NCBI GenBank assembly: GCA_013265495.1
Contig: MU058059.1
Span: 2,579,502-2,643,501 of the forward strand
From: Vicugna vicugna
Taxonomy: Eukaryota
DNA: 64,000 bases
Direction of reading: 5' to 3'
The first letter of the stretch is position 1. Each line of letters starts with the position of its first letter. Of the stretch, positions 37,060 to 49,518 are shown piece after piece. Below the pieces are notes generated by a model, which saw nothing but the letters and a program-made list of their open reading frames with translations, had not been told where the DNA came from and did not search any database. Position numbers and translations under genes: made by a program.

Positions 37060-38436
37060 TTCTAAGGTGATTTGTAATGAAATTACGTTTTTTTCCTCGT
37101 AACAAAGAGTAACAGTCACAAAGGGACAGTTTACAAGGCAGAACAGAGAGACCCCATAGGAACCCTCCCTGATGTCTGTAAGTGTGCTTTTCCACTCAAG
37201 TTCTGAGCCTTTCAGCTGTGAGTGCCTGGCTCCCTGACACAGCTCTTCCCAAGGGACTTTTTGTTCAGATCGTTCACCTTATACAATATTGGATAGATGC
37301 TCTGTTTTGATAAAAGATGATATAATTTTTCTCAGAAGTAGAATAGGTCAGATTTTCCTGTAAATAATGGAAAACAGTGCACGAGTGCTGGTTGAATAAT
37401 AGTCGTCTGTGACCAAGCAAGTGTTCCGTGCATCAGCTTGAAATTGGTACCAACTTTGTCACAAGTCTTAGAAATAGCATTTTACTGTTTACAATTTATT
37501 ACATCAGTATGCAAAATTGCATACTGTGTCATACCAAGAAAATTATCTTTGCAATTCCTTGGGAGTTCTCCATTCTCCAACCAGACTGTTAGTTTGTTCA
37601 TCTCACTGAGCAAGACTAGGAAGTTTTCATTAATAACGTGTGAAAGACGATTATACCACTTTGAAACCCAGTTGCTTCTGTTGTCTGGTTCCGAGGAACA
37701 GCACTGTTTGAACGGAGCAGAGGGATATTTCAAAATATTATGCAGCAGCAGTTTTGGGTTTAATTGTCTGCAGATGGTAGATGATCTATTTTCCTTACTC
37801 GTTGCCACATTTCTAATAGCACCCAGGCTGTTCCATGTAAATTAGTAATTTTTCATGTAAGCCTGTTCTTAATTTTCCAATATTTTTTCTTTGCATCATT
37901 TTCCAGCTGCATCATGTTAGAACTGACGTTTTAATTTTCTCTTTTTTTTCCAATATTTGTGTGTCATAAATGTTAACCATTTAAACACAACTGCTGAGCT
38001 GTGTAGGCAAACCAAGAAGCTTGCCTGGTCGGCTTCAAGAATCTTAATCATTTCTTTGGTCACATGTTAACCATGACAACTGTAGCCAAGGCAATGATCA
38101 GCCTTCATTTTTTTTAACGGATGTTTTGAGATGCGTTTTTTTTTTCATTCCCCGAATGTGACAAAATAAAGTCCCTAAATGGAAATGCTCTACATGAAAT
38201 TTAGTTATCAGAGAACTTTCTCTAAGTAAAAATGTTTTTAGTGAGAGAAGATAACATTTTTTTACAAAGTTGATTCTAGCAAGAAGAGAAAAAGATTGTG
38301 ATTTAGCAGAATTTTAAATAACCTAATGCGTTTTGAAAGCCTCAAGTTTGGATCATCATAATTAGCAATGAATCTATGCTCCACTCAACAGCAGTTGGAA
38401 ACACTGTTCAGTTTAGATCTTTACTGAGAACTAATG

Positions 38437-38608
38437 TTTTTTGTTTTTCCTTTTTTTCTTTTCTTTTCTTTCTTTCTTTCTTTCTTTTTTTTTTTTTTTT
38501 ANNNNNNNNNNNNNNNNNNNNNNNNNNNNNNNNNNNNNNNNNNNNNNNNNNNNNNNNNNNTTTTTTTTTTTTTCTTTTTTTCTTTTTCCTTCTCTTTTTG
38601 TTGTTGTT
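38437..38608. repeat. Poly-T/(TTTC)n/(TTG)n tract
   Basis: Direct reading on both sides of the gap. Confidence 0.9.
38502..38560. other. Assembly gap (59 N) inside a T-rich tract
   Basis: Run of N flanked by poly-T. Confidence 1.
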
Positions 38609-40494
38609 GGACGAAAGTGGAGACGATGGGATATGCTGATGGAGATCCTCCTTGCTAGCCTGGCTTCAGTCTGGCTTTCTCTTCCCTCATGCGTGCTGAC
38701 CTGGGAACCTTCCTTTGCCGTAGCTGCGATAATCGTGACTCAGCTTACGACTCCTCATGTTGGCATCGCCCCTGCTGCAGGCGACGACCAGCGGACAGGT
38801 CAGACGTTCAAGTACAGACGAGTCATCTTGCCCATCTCCCGCTCATTTTTCTCAGCTTCGTTTCCCCTCTGCATCTCCTCCTTCGCTTAAGGCTTGTTGA
38901 CAGTGTCTCCGACTCTTGGTCCAGACCTGTGCCCGCGTTAAGTGGTGTGCTTGGCCTCTTCCGTGTGCACATTTACATCCATGCATCGAGCACAGACCCA
39001 CTGCATGACCTCATTGTATGTTTGTCTGTTGGTATGTTCCTTTTTTGCCGAATGTTATATGGAGTGAAATACGCCGGGCTTGCCCCAGCAGTGCCATCGG
39101 ACAGGATGTCAGTCTCCACACGTAAAGCTGTCTTCCCAGTTATCCAGATGAAGCTAGAAAGGCATTGCGATTAGAGGGTGAGAGAGCTTTCTTTCCACCT
39201 CATAGGGTCCCGCTTGCACCCATATTTAGCAATACACAGCCTCATCACCAGTGTTCCTAAGTGAAGCCACCCAAAGCTGTTTGGGGTGACGGTGTACAAA
39301 CAGCTTTTCGTGAACATACAGCTGGAATCGAGCTGATTGCATTCCTTATAGATCCTTGTTTCAAAGAAACTGTTTATAAAAAGCAGAGGCACATATGCAA
39401 GTCAAATGCACTGCATAATTTAGGGAAGTTTTAAAAAAAAACTGAATGGCTTAGAGTCATGGAATTGAGCTGTGTGCTCCTTTACACTAAGAAATTAGCT
39501 TGTCCACTGGTACCACCACTAAAGGTGTGTATGGACAAGTGTATAGACTCACACAGAAAAACATCCAGTCCCATCACTCCAGATCCAAGATGAGTGGGTG
39601 GAGGGAAGCCAGGGGACCAAGTTTGGTCCTGCCACCGTCTAGATTTCTAGCACAGTTACCTGGGCAGGACTCAGATTCTGCTTTCAGGGACGTCAGCAGC
39701 GTGGTAGTTGGTCACAGGAGTGATGGGATGATGAAACCCAAGGAAGAAACACACGCCTGCTTCCCACAGATCTTCAGCAGTCGTTCTGTGTGCATGAAAT
39801 TAACATACCCTAACATTTAAGAGGAAAAGCAAAGTTCAGCTCCTAGGAAGAATTCATGAATGTTTAAGTTTTTCTGCGAGCTCATTGTTTTGGAAAATAA
39901 AGCCACTGAGACTCAGGAAAATTATAGGCCACTCTTTATAAGGTAAAGAAACACAGGAATTTTACTTTTTCTCTGCTGCAATTCCATACATAAGTTCAGT
40001 CCTCTGTTTCAGGGCCTAAAAGCTATAAACGTATCATTACCAGGTCTGTTTCCCTTGCTTCTAAGCTTCTTTTGAGCATATTTGCTTCACTGGCTGAGCT
40101 TCTGCTTGCTGCAGACGCTCTCTTATCCCAAACTTCCAAAGAGTCCCTCCCAGCAGCAGAAGTACTTGGAAAACAGACAGTGTCCCTCTCACGGAAGTCC
40201 TCCCCTCAGAAAACTCCGCAGCTCAGGCCTGGTCCACGGCTCCCTGTAGGGTTATGTGTCCACCTGGAAGGTAATCTGAGATCCTCAGCAGGTCTGACCC
40301 CCACCCCACCCCCGTCACATCTGAGCTGGTACCAGTCTTGGCAGCAAACATTAAAAATAGGTTGCCCACCATCATAGAACGAGTGCTGGTGGGAAATATA
40401 GATAGCCCCTTTGAGACTTTCCCTATAATCCGCTACCTTCAAATTCAGCACGTAGTTTACTAGGAATAAAGTAAATGCAGCTTCTGAATATAGT

Positions 40495-40625
40495 GTTCTA
40501 AAACTTTTTAAAAATTTTTTAATCTTTTAAACTAGATTTTTTAATTTGAATTTTTAAATTATTTTTAAAGTTTTAAATTATAAACTTTCAAAACTAAAAT
40601 CTTTCAAATTTTCAAAACTAAAAAT
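40495..40625. repeat. AT-rich low-complexity tract
   Basis: ~130 bp almost entirely A/T runs, with tttcaaaactaaaa occurring twice. Confidence 0.8.
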
Positions 40626-41813
40626 TGAGAAGATACCTCCTAAGTAGCCTCCTTCACAAGGCTTTCAGATCCATGCTTCCTTGCTATTTTGCAGCTAGTC
40701 TGAGAAGGACGCATACCCAGCTGCAGGTGCACTGCGCGTACCTAGCACAGTGCCTGTGCTGCCGTTCTTTTATGGGCGGCAGGTGATGATGATCATTACT
40801 TTGTTTTAAAAGGGATTAAAACGATGCAGTGTGAGAATAAGCCTTAAAAACCAGTAAAAAAACTACTCATCCTTTTTTTTTTTCAGTTTTCACTGCTGCT
40901 GCTAATGATCGTTAATCTCACCCAGATAAATCCAAGCTCCAGTAACATTTCTTTTGTATTTTCCATCTGCATCAGCCATCCACTCTGAGCACAGTAACGC
41001 TGTCTTGTTTGATAGATGTGTTCATGAGTCGTACTGCAGGCCTGAGACCTCACTCATTCAATCACTGACTGACATTTATCCAGCACCTTCTGTGTTGCAG
41101 GTAAAGATGTGCTAACTCTCATGAACAGGTTTGCTTTGTGCAGTTGCCCAGGCTCTTGGCATCAGACGTTTTTGCATTTGTGACGTCAGAACCAACATAC
41201 ACACTTGCTCTTATGAATGAAAAAATGATATGCGTGTCATTTAGTGGTGAAGATGAGACAGCAGTTTTGTAACTAATGTGAGAAAAAGACAGCGAGTTTC
41301 AAAACCTTCCCCATCATGTTGAGCGGCTGAGGGAATGGCCAGTGGGGCAGTTCTGAGCATTTCACGTCTGTGACCCGTTGTCTACTAGATCAACACAGTT
41401 CCTTCCAGAAGCCAGCCAGAGATCATGAGGGAGACATTCTGAAGCACCTTGGGCGGTATTCTGGTCGCTTTGTTTTAATTGTGCTGACATCTTGCCCCTT
41501 CAAATGCTGCTGGAGGGTGCGCTGACACCAGGACACGTTGATAAGATAGTGGGTCCTCTGTGACCTAGTCCTGTTGTCCCAGATCGTATTACATGCCAGT
41601 GCAGTTCTCCTGGGTGTGGACGGGTCCTCCCTTCCTTGCCTAACACAGAGAAGACAAGTGCCTGGTACCTGACCCCCTGCATACGGACCATGTCAGACCC
41701 AACACAAGTGCCCGTAAATACTGGCTGATTTAATTCACTGAATGAATGGAGCTCAGATGCAGAATGCTCAGAATGCTGGTGTGTTTGATAAGCAAGCCTG
41801 TCGTTGCCTAGGG

Positions 41814-42067
41814 GTGTTCTTAAACTTTGTTGTCCTCAGTCGACAGTCAGAATGCATCACCCCCCAGTACACACACCCCCATGTTTAACTGCAGCAAAAG
41901 ATTTAGAGACAGCATAACCAGAGCTGCTCCCTGAATAAGCTGCTCTCTGATCTGTTCCGTTCTGTCCTATCTTATTCTATTTCATTTTTTAAAAAAATTT
42001 AGTTGCTACCTACTAAATCAATTTCATTTCCCACTAATGGGTTGTAACCCACAGCTTTAAAAAACAC
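41814..42067. mobile_element. hAT-Charlie-type MER remnant (family uncertain)
   Basis: ggggtgttcttaaact at the left end and ctactaaatcaatttcatttcccactaatgggttgtaacccacagctttaaaaaacac at the right end resemble Charlie/MER termini. Confidence 0.5.
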
Positions 42068-44342
42068 ATTACTAAACCACTGTAGCTGGGAGATTATGAA
42101 AGGAAACAGAATATCTCATAGGAGCCAAGCTCCTGTCTTACCTCAAAATTCCTACTGTAAAGAGTGCACCCAGAGAAAGTTCTAGAAACTGGACTTTCTT
42201 AGAAACTCTATTCCCTTTATTTTGCAATTGTCTATAATATAGAACTACTTTGGGAAGATAATTAAAAGCTGCACACGCTAGAAATTCCTCTTTAAGATTT
42301 TTTTCCTTGATTTTATAAATATCTCTAGGCTGTTTGTTTTATATTAAGATATTTCTATTTGATTTAAAAACCCAACCAGCTCTGAGATGCTGTGGAGAAT
42401 GATTTCCTTAAACAGATATTTTTTGTCATCCCATTTTGGTTAACCCATACGTCTAAAATGATAAGATCTGTGTCCCCGAGTATTTAGAAACAAAGTGACT
42501 TCTGAGATTCAAGTACAAGTTAGATATATCAGAGCATGTAGAATTACTTGCTAGATATAATTAGTACTAAAAAAGAAAAGAGAGAGAGAACTAACATAAA
42601 GTCTTAAAAAGTTTTAAAAACGAGGAATGTAGCCTATGTCTGTGTTGCGGAGGATAAACACAGCCTGACATTAGCTAAAGTGGCAAAACCAGGTTTTCTT
42701 CAGTGTCTGCTGCCTTGTAGGAGATTGAACTGAGCTTCGGTTCAGCTGGCTCAGAGGTGGCTGGGCCTTTAGAGGGAAGAGACGGGAGCAGGGAGGAGGT
42801 GATGGGGGCTCAGTAGAGCCGGGGAGGTGAGACATTGGGCCATGTGACCCCATCTGGTTTGCTGACTGGTCCCTGTGGAAGTCAAGCTGCCCCCTCCACA
42901 GAGGCCGGGAGACGGGGCCTTGTCCTCAGGTGTTGCTGGAACCAGGTCAGCTCCTTGGGCAGCCTTGGGTTTTCTCAGGCAGGCACTTTGAGGGAAGCAG
43001 GGGTCACCCAGAGATGGAGCCTTGAGCTGTAAGAAACTGTGTTAGTTTCTGTTCAAGTCTTTGGGGGCCTAGGTGGAGGCCTTGGGCCTCCTGCAGAGGG
43101 GGCCTCGGAGGACCCTGACTGGAGTTTGGTCACAGAGGAATCTTTTGCCACCTCTCCCTCCTTCCTGTGGGAAGAGCAGTGACCCATTGGATGATGACAT
43201 TTGAAAAAGAAAGTGAGGGTATGTGATGAGCTCCTTCTGGGCACCGTCCCTAGGCACAAATGTCCGCTTGTGTCCAAGGGGCTTGGAAGCGCCAGGCCAG
43301 AGTTGAGTCACAGAGAGAGTCTCTGTCAGCATATCAGCAAAGCTCCCGTGAACCAAATCCCAGGGAAGTCCTTTTTCTCCTTGATGTGGCTCTTCAAGCG
43401 AACAGAGAGGTTTTTTTTTTTTTAAATGTGAAATAGAACCCGTGGAAGTCACTGAACCAGGCCTCTGCCAAGGAGGAGCAGCGTCTGCAGTGTTTACCGA
43501 GAACCTTCTGTGACCTAGACTGCGTGCCAGAGACCCCACCGCCTTCCTCCACTAACTGCTCACCACCCACAGCCTCCTGAGAAACACCCTGACAGCTCTC
43601 AGTTGAGGAAAGGAGACTCACAAGCCTGAGACTCACTGAGGGCTGAGAGTCAGTGAAGTCAGGGACACACGTTTGATCCAGGCTTTGTGTCTGAGCCCTG
43701 GGGCCCTGGGGCCGGAGCATCTGCCTGGACGTCACCCTTTCCCCTGGGGTCCCCTCCCCACTCCCCACCCCTGCAGGCCCTCCTTGTTTCCCACCTGCCC
43801 TGCAGCTGGGGTCTCACTAAGAAGCCCTGCCCACTCTGGGCTGACCCTCAGCCCTGAGGAAACCCCGTGGCCTGCGTTCTGGCCGCTGGTTCCCATCCCT
43901 CCAAGTGTTTCTGGAGAAATGGCAAAGACAGGCGGATCCAGGCCAGTGGTTTATTCCTTGCCCCAGCCCCCCCACCCCCCCAGTGTCTCTGCCTGTGTGG
44001 TCGGTGGTCCAGGCTGGCCCCACCGTGCCAGCTCCTCCGGGGGGTTGTTCTGCCCCAGAAGGTCTCCACAGCGCTCAGGTTGTCCAGCCGCGACGCTGAA
44101 TTTCTGGTATTTTCTCTTGGGCTCTTGATTCCGTCTGGAGGACAGCACTGAGGTGGGTCCGGTGTCCTCAGGGGAAAGGTCCAGCTTTTCTCCAGACACA
44201 CACCAGTTAGACGGCTCTCATTGCTAAGCCCACACTTGTTTTTCTCACAGAACAGAAAGGCCATTTTGTTCTGTGTCAAGTTCTCACTGTGATTCCGTTA
44301 AGGTCCTCTCAGTCTCTTTCTATGGTATTATCATCATCTTTT

Positions 44343-44498
44343 TTCAGTTTTTAATGTTTTAAAATTATTTTTTTATTTTGTGTTTGAAGGGAGGTAATTA
44401 GGTTTGTTTATTATTTATTTAATGGAGGTGCTGGGGGATGGAACCCAGGCCCCTGTGCCTGCTAAGCACACACTCTGCCACTGAGCTCTACCCTCCCC
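44343..44498 (-). mobile_element. tRNA-Ala-derived camelid SINE (Vic-1 type)
   Basis: rc: GGGGAGGGTAGAGCTCAGTGGCAGAGTGTGTGCTTAGCAGGCACAGGGGCCTGGGTTCCATCCCCCAGCACCTCCATTAAAT...AAACCTAATTACCTCCC. Flanking repeat tcatctttt at 44334-44342 and 44501-44509. Confidence 0.9.
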
Positions 44499-44599
44499 TG
44501 TCATCTTTTGAGTCTACTGGCTTTTGTGATACTTGATGGCAACACTAGAACTCTCCCCTTTTCCCCGTCAGAAACCCCTAGCACCTCCCCGTCCACATC

Positions 44600-45065
44600 A
44601 CCACACCAGCCCTTACAACAGCCTAGAAGCCTTTGAATGGACAGCCCCTCTCCCCTGTGTAGCCCTTCCCCGACCTCTCTCCACACCGGTCACCCTGATT
44701 TCCCGGCTGTTCTTCAGACACTTAAGCCGCGCTCCCGCCTCAGAGCGCCCGCCCTAGCTTTCCCCTTCCTCGGGAACATTCCTGCCCAGATACCAGCTTG
44801 GCTGAGCCGCTCAGCCTGCAGCCCTTGCTCCAACTCCACCTTCTCAAGGAGGTCTGCCTCGAACACTCGCCCCGGGACAGGGCTGCCTGCTGCGGGCCCT
44901 CCCCCCACCCCCGCCAGTGCCACCTGTCCCCTTCCCTTTGTTTCCTTTTCTCCCCCTCCTGGAACAGAAGCTCCCTGAGGGTGGGGATCTTGGTCTCCGT
45001 GTTCTGCTAAGTCCTAGGTGCCGAGAAGGTGGCCCGAAATGTCACTGAGAGCCTGTTGGACTCTT
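44600..45065 (+). mobile_element. L2 3' fragment
   Basis: ctccaccttctcaaggaggtctgcc; ctggaacagaagctccctgagggtggggatcttggtctc...cctaggtgccgagaaggtggccc. Confidence 0.6.
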
Positions 45066-45169
45066 GTTAAACTGATGCATCATCATGACTGTGGGACATG
45101 TGATCAATTTCTCCATTTATTCAGATCTTGTCATAAGACTTCACACAAATTGGTTTTTGGGTTTTTTTT

Positions 45170-45910
45170 TTTTAATATCAGCCCTCCAAAATATATCCCA
45201 AGTTCAGTGACACCTCACCTTCCCATGGCCACCAGCCTGGCTGAGATCACTGCATGAGAGCTTGCCTGATCCCTGACTCGCTTCCTTGGCTCCCTGTTCT
45301 CCTTCATTTCCCACATGGCAGCCAGACAGACTTGTGAAACTGAAGTCTGGTCCCATCCCTCCTCTCCTTAGGGCCCTCAAATAGCTTCCCACCACACTCA
45401 GACTAAATTCCAAGCCTGGCATCACGGCACAGATGGGCTGCCCCATCCGACCCCACCTCACCCTGAGTCCTCAACCCGTCTCCCTCCCTCTCAGTGCTGG
45501 TTTCTCTCTGTTTCTCTGAAATGCCCGGCTCACCCGGTGCCTTTGCACTTGCTCCTGCCCCCAGCCTTCCGGTTACCAGCAGCTCCTCAGCAGTCAGGCT
45601 TCAGCACAAGTGTTGATGCCTCAGGGAGACCTCCCTAGACCATGGTCCTTGAAACCTGTGGCCCTGTCGGTCCCCAGTCACCGCCTAGCCCATCACTCTG
45701 TGTCTTTTCAGAGTCCCCGGAGGAATCCGTGTCTCCCTCCTAGAATGTGGTGGGAGCCAGCTTTGTCTGCCTTGTCCCACCCAGTGGGAGGTTCAGAATT
45801 ACTTACTGTGTGGCTGCTTAGTGGATTGTCTTCCTTGTTGCATTTGCTCTTAGGTGCTGTATAGCTTTCCTCACTAGTACAGGTAAATTTTGAACAAATT
45901 TTGAATGAGG
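45170..45910 (+). mobile_element. L2 3' fragment
   Basis: cagccctccaaaatatatccca; cttcccaccacactcagactaaattccaag; gcctttgcacttgctcctgccc; tgcctcagggagacctccctagacc; terminal gaacaaattttgaatga. Confidence 0.65.
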
Positions 45911-46369
45911 ACAAGACTCTTGTGAAATGGGTTTAGTCTGCCTGCTTTTGACTGATTTTATGTTAATTGCAAAATATGTCTCTTCTCTGCAGTATATATT
46001 TTTAATTTAGTTGACCTTTCCATTGCTAATAAAACAGATCCATGGTTTTTCAGCCCGTTTACAAAAGCACAGCTTTAATCAGCCTTTTCTCTTGACAAGA
46101 ACCATAGAAAGATTTAATTTTAATTTAGTTGTTTTGGAAAGTGGCCCACCCACCAATATTATCTGTTTGACTCCCACGTCCAGACTACACTCACTTCTCC
46201 GCCTCCACCCGTCAGTCCCAGCCAGTGGGTCCTTGGGACTCTTGATGAGCAAGAATCTGGGTCAGGGCTAAATGCAGAGAAGCAGTGTCTGTCCATCTGT
46301 GGACCCAAGGTTCTCTATTTGTAAGATGAAGACGTGACTGAAAGCGGATCTTAGCCATACTGAGTAGCT

Positions 46370-46630
46370 CCAGTGCCTGGAGACAGGGAAGGTGGTAGGA
46401 CTGTTCACTGATCTATAGCTCAGTCAGTGACAGGAACAGCAATGTGCAAAGGCCCCATGGTGGGAAGTAGCTTGACCAGAAACGGAGAGCTGGGAAAAGG
46501 CCACCAGGGCTAGAAGGATGTGTGGGCAGCAGTGGCTGCCTGGGGGGAAGGAGGCCGACTGTGACCTTGTCAGTTTCAGCCAGGACTTTGATCAGGAACA
46601 ATGAGAAGCACTGAGGGGTGTTCAGGAGGG
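46370..46630 (-). mobile_element. L2 remnant
   Basis: gacaggaacagcaatgtgcaaaggccccatggtgggaagtagcttg...caatgagaagcactgaggggtgtt. Confidence 0.6.
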
Positions 46631-47378
46631 GCGGACAGGTTCAAGTTCCCACTCGACACTCCAGCCACACTAGAAACACTGGGCTAGAGATGAACGAGGC
46701 CAACAGACTGAAATAAAACTCTAAGAAATGGAAGATTGTCTGCCAGCCCAGAGAAAAAGATCAAAATGAGAGGATATGAATGGAAGAGCCAAGTGGCAGG
46801 AAATTAATACAGTGTAAGTACCTGCCCTGGGTTATTGATTATCTACAATCAGTGTGAAAGAGAACATGATAAGAAATTTAAGGGACAGGTTCAAACACAT
46901 CATAGGAACACCCTGAGTACCTTCCAGATGGAATGGTTTCATTCACCCTCTTGCCCAAGATATCCACTTCATTTATTTTGAACGCTGTTTGCTCAGGTAT
47001 GCGTATGAATCAAAACTGGTCAAGGACATAAAGCATAATAAAATGCAGCAGTGTTGTTTGAATCTATGGTCACTGAGATAAAAACCTCACCACCTTTAGC
47101 TCCAGACAGTTATATTTTGCCCTTTTAAGAGTTCAGTCATTAGCCTCAAAGTGCCGCACTGTGTCCCCTATGAAATATGTGTGGAAATATTTTTACCTAC
47201 TACTCCAGGAGCTGTATTTGATATATCTCAATACTTTCCGCAACCTGCCGCTCAAAGCTGGGCACTTGAAAGGCTCTCAGAGACCAGCTATCATTTTCCG
47301 ATGGAGTGAATTCATTTGCAAAAGATAATAAAAATTTTTCTTAAAGATGTGAACTAATTTCCACACCACTTTTTAAAA

Positions 47379-47474
47379 TTGAAAAAAAAAGTTTTAATGG
47401 AGGTACTGGGAATTGAACCCAGGACCTCGGGCATGTTAAACACACGCTCTGTCCCTGAGCTCTACCCCTCCCCC
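47379..47474 (-). mobile_element. tRNA-Ala-derived camelid SINE (short-tail form) with TSD
   Basis: rc has GGGGAGGGGTAGAGCTCAGG...GAGGTCCTGGGTTCAATTCCCAGTACCTCCATTAAAA. Perfect 13-bp TSD ccactttttaaaa at 47366-47378 and 47479-47491. Confidence 0.92.
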
Positions 47475-49334
47475 AGCGCCACTTTTTAAAAAATAACGTC
47501 CCCACCACAGAGGAGCTTCTGACTGTGACTGCCATTAGGAGTGGGACCCCGGGAGATGTAGCAGAACCAAGTGTCACGTGGACCTCTGATGGCCAGCCTA
47601 ACAGCGGGCACTTTGGGAAGGGCGTACAGTTCAGTTCTGATGGAAATAAGTCACAGCACAGCAGTCCCCGATGTCCTTGGCTGCAGGGGCCAAGCTGCGC
47701 TGCTGCACAGGCGTCCCCTGTCCCTCCTTCAGGAGGGAAGTTGCCCTGTTCATCCTTCACATTGAAAACCTTCTCTCTCCTTGGAGAACCTGATGTGTAA
47801 TTAGCTCTGTGTTAAGAAAATTCAAGGGACTGTATGTGCAACGTGCTCCTTACTTAGATTTACCAACTTTATTAAGACCGCCATAAACAGCTCAATGAAC
47901 ATTTCACCTCATTGGATTTGCCGGGATCTTACAGAACTCTTTGTAATGTGATAAGTGCGTAATGAAGTAAGTTACCGTATATTCTAGAACACATTGTCTG
48001 CATGATACCAGGGTCATCTTCAGTCTCAGGAGCTTTGACTGGGTTTTAGGAGAGAATTTTGGGTGAAAATTAAGCAAAGACAATGCCTCCTTTAGGCTAG
48101 CTTCCTTATAAACAAAAATACCGACCTCTTCATTAAAACCGATAAATCAATTTATTGGAAATAATGGCTGAATAAGAACTACCATTTTCCAGCTTGTTCT
48201 GTTTTTCTCCCCAAATGCAACACCATATCAATATGGAGGATGAGCAATTCACACGCCCGTCTTGGGTATTTCTTAGTGAACAGGGAGCAGGGGTGTCAGT
48301 GCTGTGCATTTTGGCCGTGCAGCTCAGTGTAGAAGTTAATGTGAGGAGAATTTGGTTGGAATTTCAGCCTCCCATAAGGGTTACTTAAGGATTCTAAAAT
48401 GTCCTTTTCAGCTAAAAGAATGTAAAGTAAGGAGGAATTTTCATTCTTTCTGCAACACCAGCTGAATGCATTTTAATGGGCTGTAGTGTCACTGGTGATT
48501 TATTGCCCTTTTTTGTTCTTTTATGTGTTGTATTTGTCACTTTGCTACGGCAGTTTCATCTATAAAATGGTAGAGTTACAGGAAAATGGTGAGAGGATAC
48601 AGGACTGCCATGGGAGATGCTGTTCCTTGTTCCCTGTCATTTTTGGAAGGAAATACTGAGTCAAATGTCAAGCATTTGGTTTCAGAAATAACATACTTTA
48701 AAAGATATATACTGTACTGAGAGAGTATTGTTTTCCATTTTTACTGCATAAACTTTAGGATTTCTATGTAAAAAGATTTTCAATATAGAAGAGCAGTTTA
48801 ATTTTTCAATATTCTGTTGTGTTTCGTCTTTCCATCAGCAGTGCAATAAAGGAAGACAAGACAATGTATTTAACTTTCTTTTATGCTTAAGGTATAGGCC
48901 TTCCTGGCTTGAAAAGCATAACTTGAAGTTTTATATTTTAGGAAATCTACCTTTTAATTTTGTTATTAATTCAGTGCATTGTACATGTCCAAAAGGAACG
49001 CTGAAAGTAAAGTTTTGAGCTTAAAATAAGCCAAGATTTTGACAAAAGATATGAAATGCTAGGGGAAAGATAATGCATAAAGTTTAAAAAAATAGAGATT
49101 TTGCAGGAAATATTTTATCTTAATGAGTTAAATTATTCTTGCCTTTTCTAGAAGGAAGATATTGTATCAATTTTGTAGTAAAATTAAATTAATTCACATT
49201 TGATATTAGTAGACGTGGAAAAGGCCTGGTCTTTCTTTTTACCCCAATGGCTAGTGTGGAACTAGACACATTGTAGCTACTCACTGGCTACTGTTGATGG
49301 ATACCAATTGTTCTACTTTGATTTTTATCCCTGT

Positions 49335-49518
49335 ACTTGCTTTAGAAGATTGTTACTACACTTTAGAACATGAACCGTCAACTTGCTTTAGAAGATTGTT
49401 ACTACACTTTAGAACATGAACCGTCAACTTGCTTTAGAAGATTGTTACTACACTTTAGAACATGAACCGTCAACTTGCTTTAGAAGATTGTTACTACACT
49501 TTAGAACATGAACCGTCA
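49335..49518. repeat. Perfect tandem repeat, 46 bp x 4
   Basis: Unit acttgctttagaagattgttactacactttagaacatgaaccgtca starts at 49335, 49381, 49427 and 49473, with no mismatches seen. Confidence 0.98.

Noticed and set aside
37505-37526. Palindrome cagtatgcaa-aa-ttgcatactg
   Set aside because: An isolated 10-bp-arm palindrome is plausible by chance and is not an exact octamer/MORE site.
38376-39174. Phe-rich ORFs around 38.4-39.2 kb
   Set aside because: Those crossing 38.5 kb are produced by the poly-T tract and N gap. The 161-aa ORF downstream has no recognisable protein features.
39273-39307. 11-bp perfect stem (aaagctgtttg/caaacagcttt) with a 13-nt loop
   Set aside because: Within chance expectation for 64 kb, and too short for a pre-miRNA.
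49335-49518. 46-bp repeat as a CRISPR array
   Set aside because: Units are directly adjacent with no unique spacers, there are no cas genes, and the context is eukaryotic.
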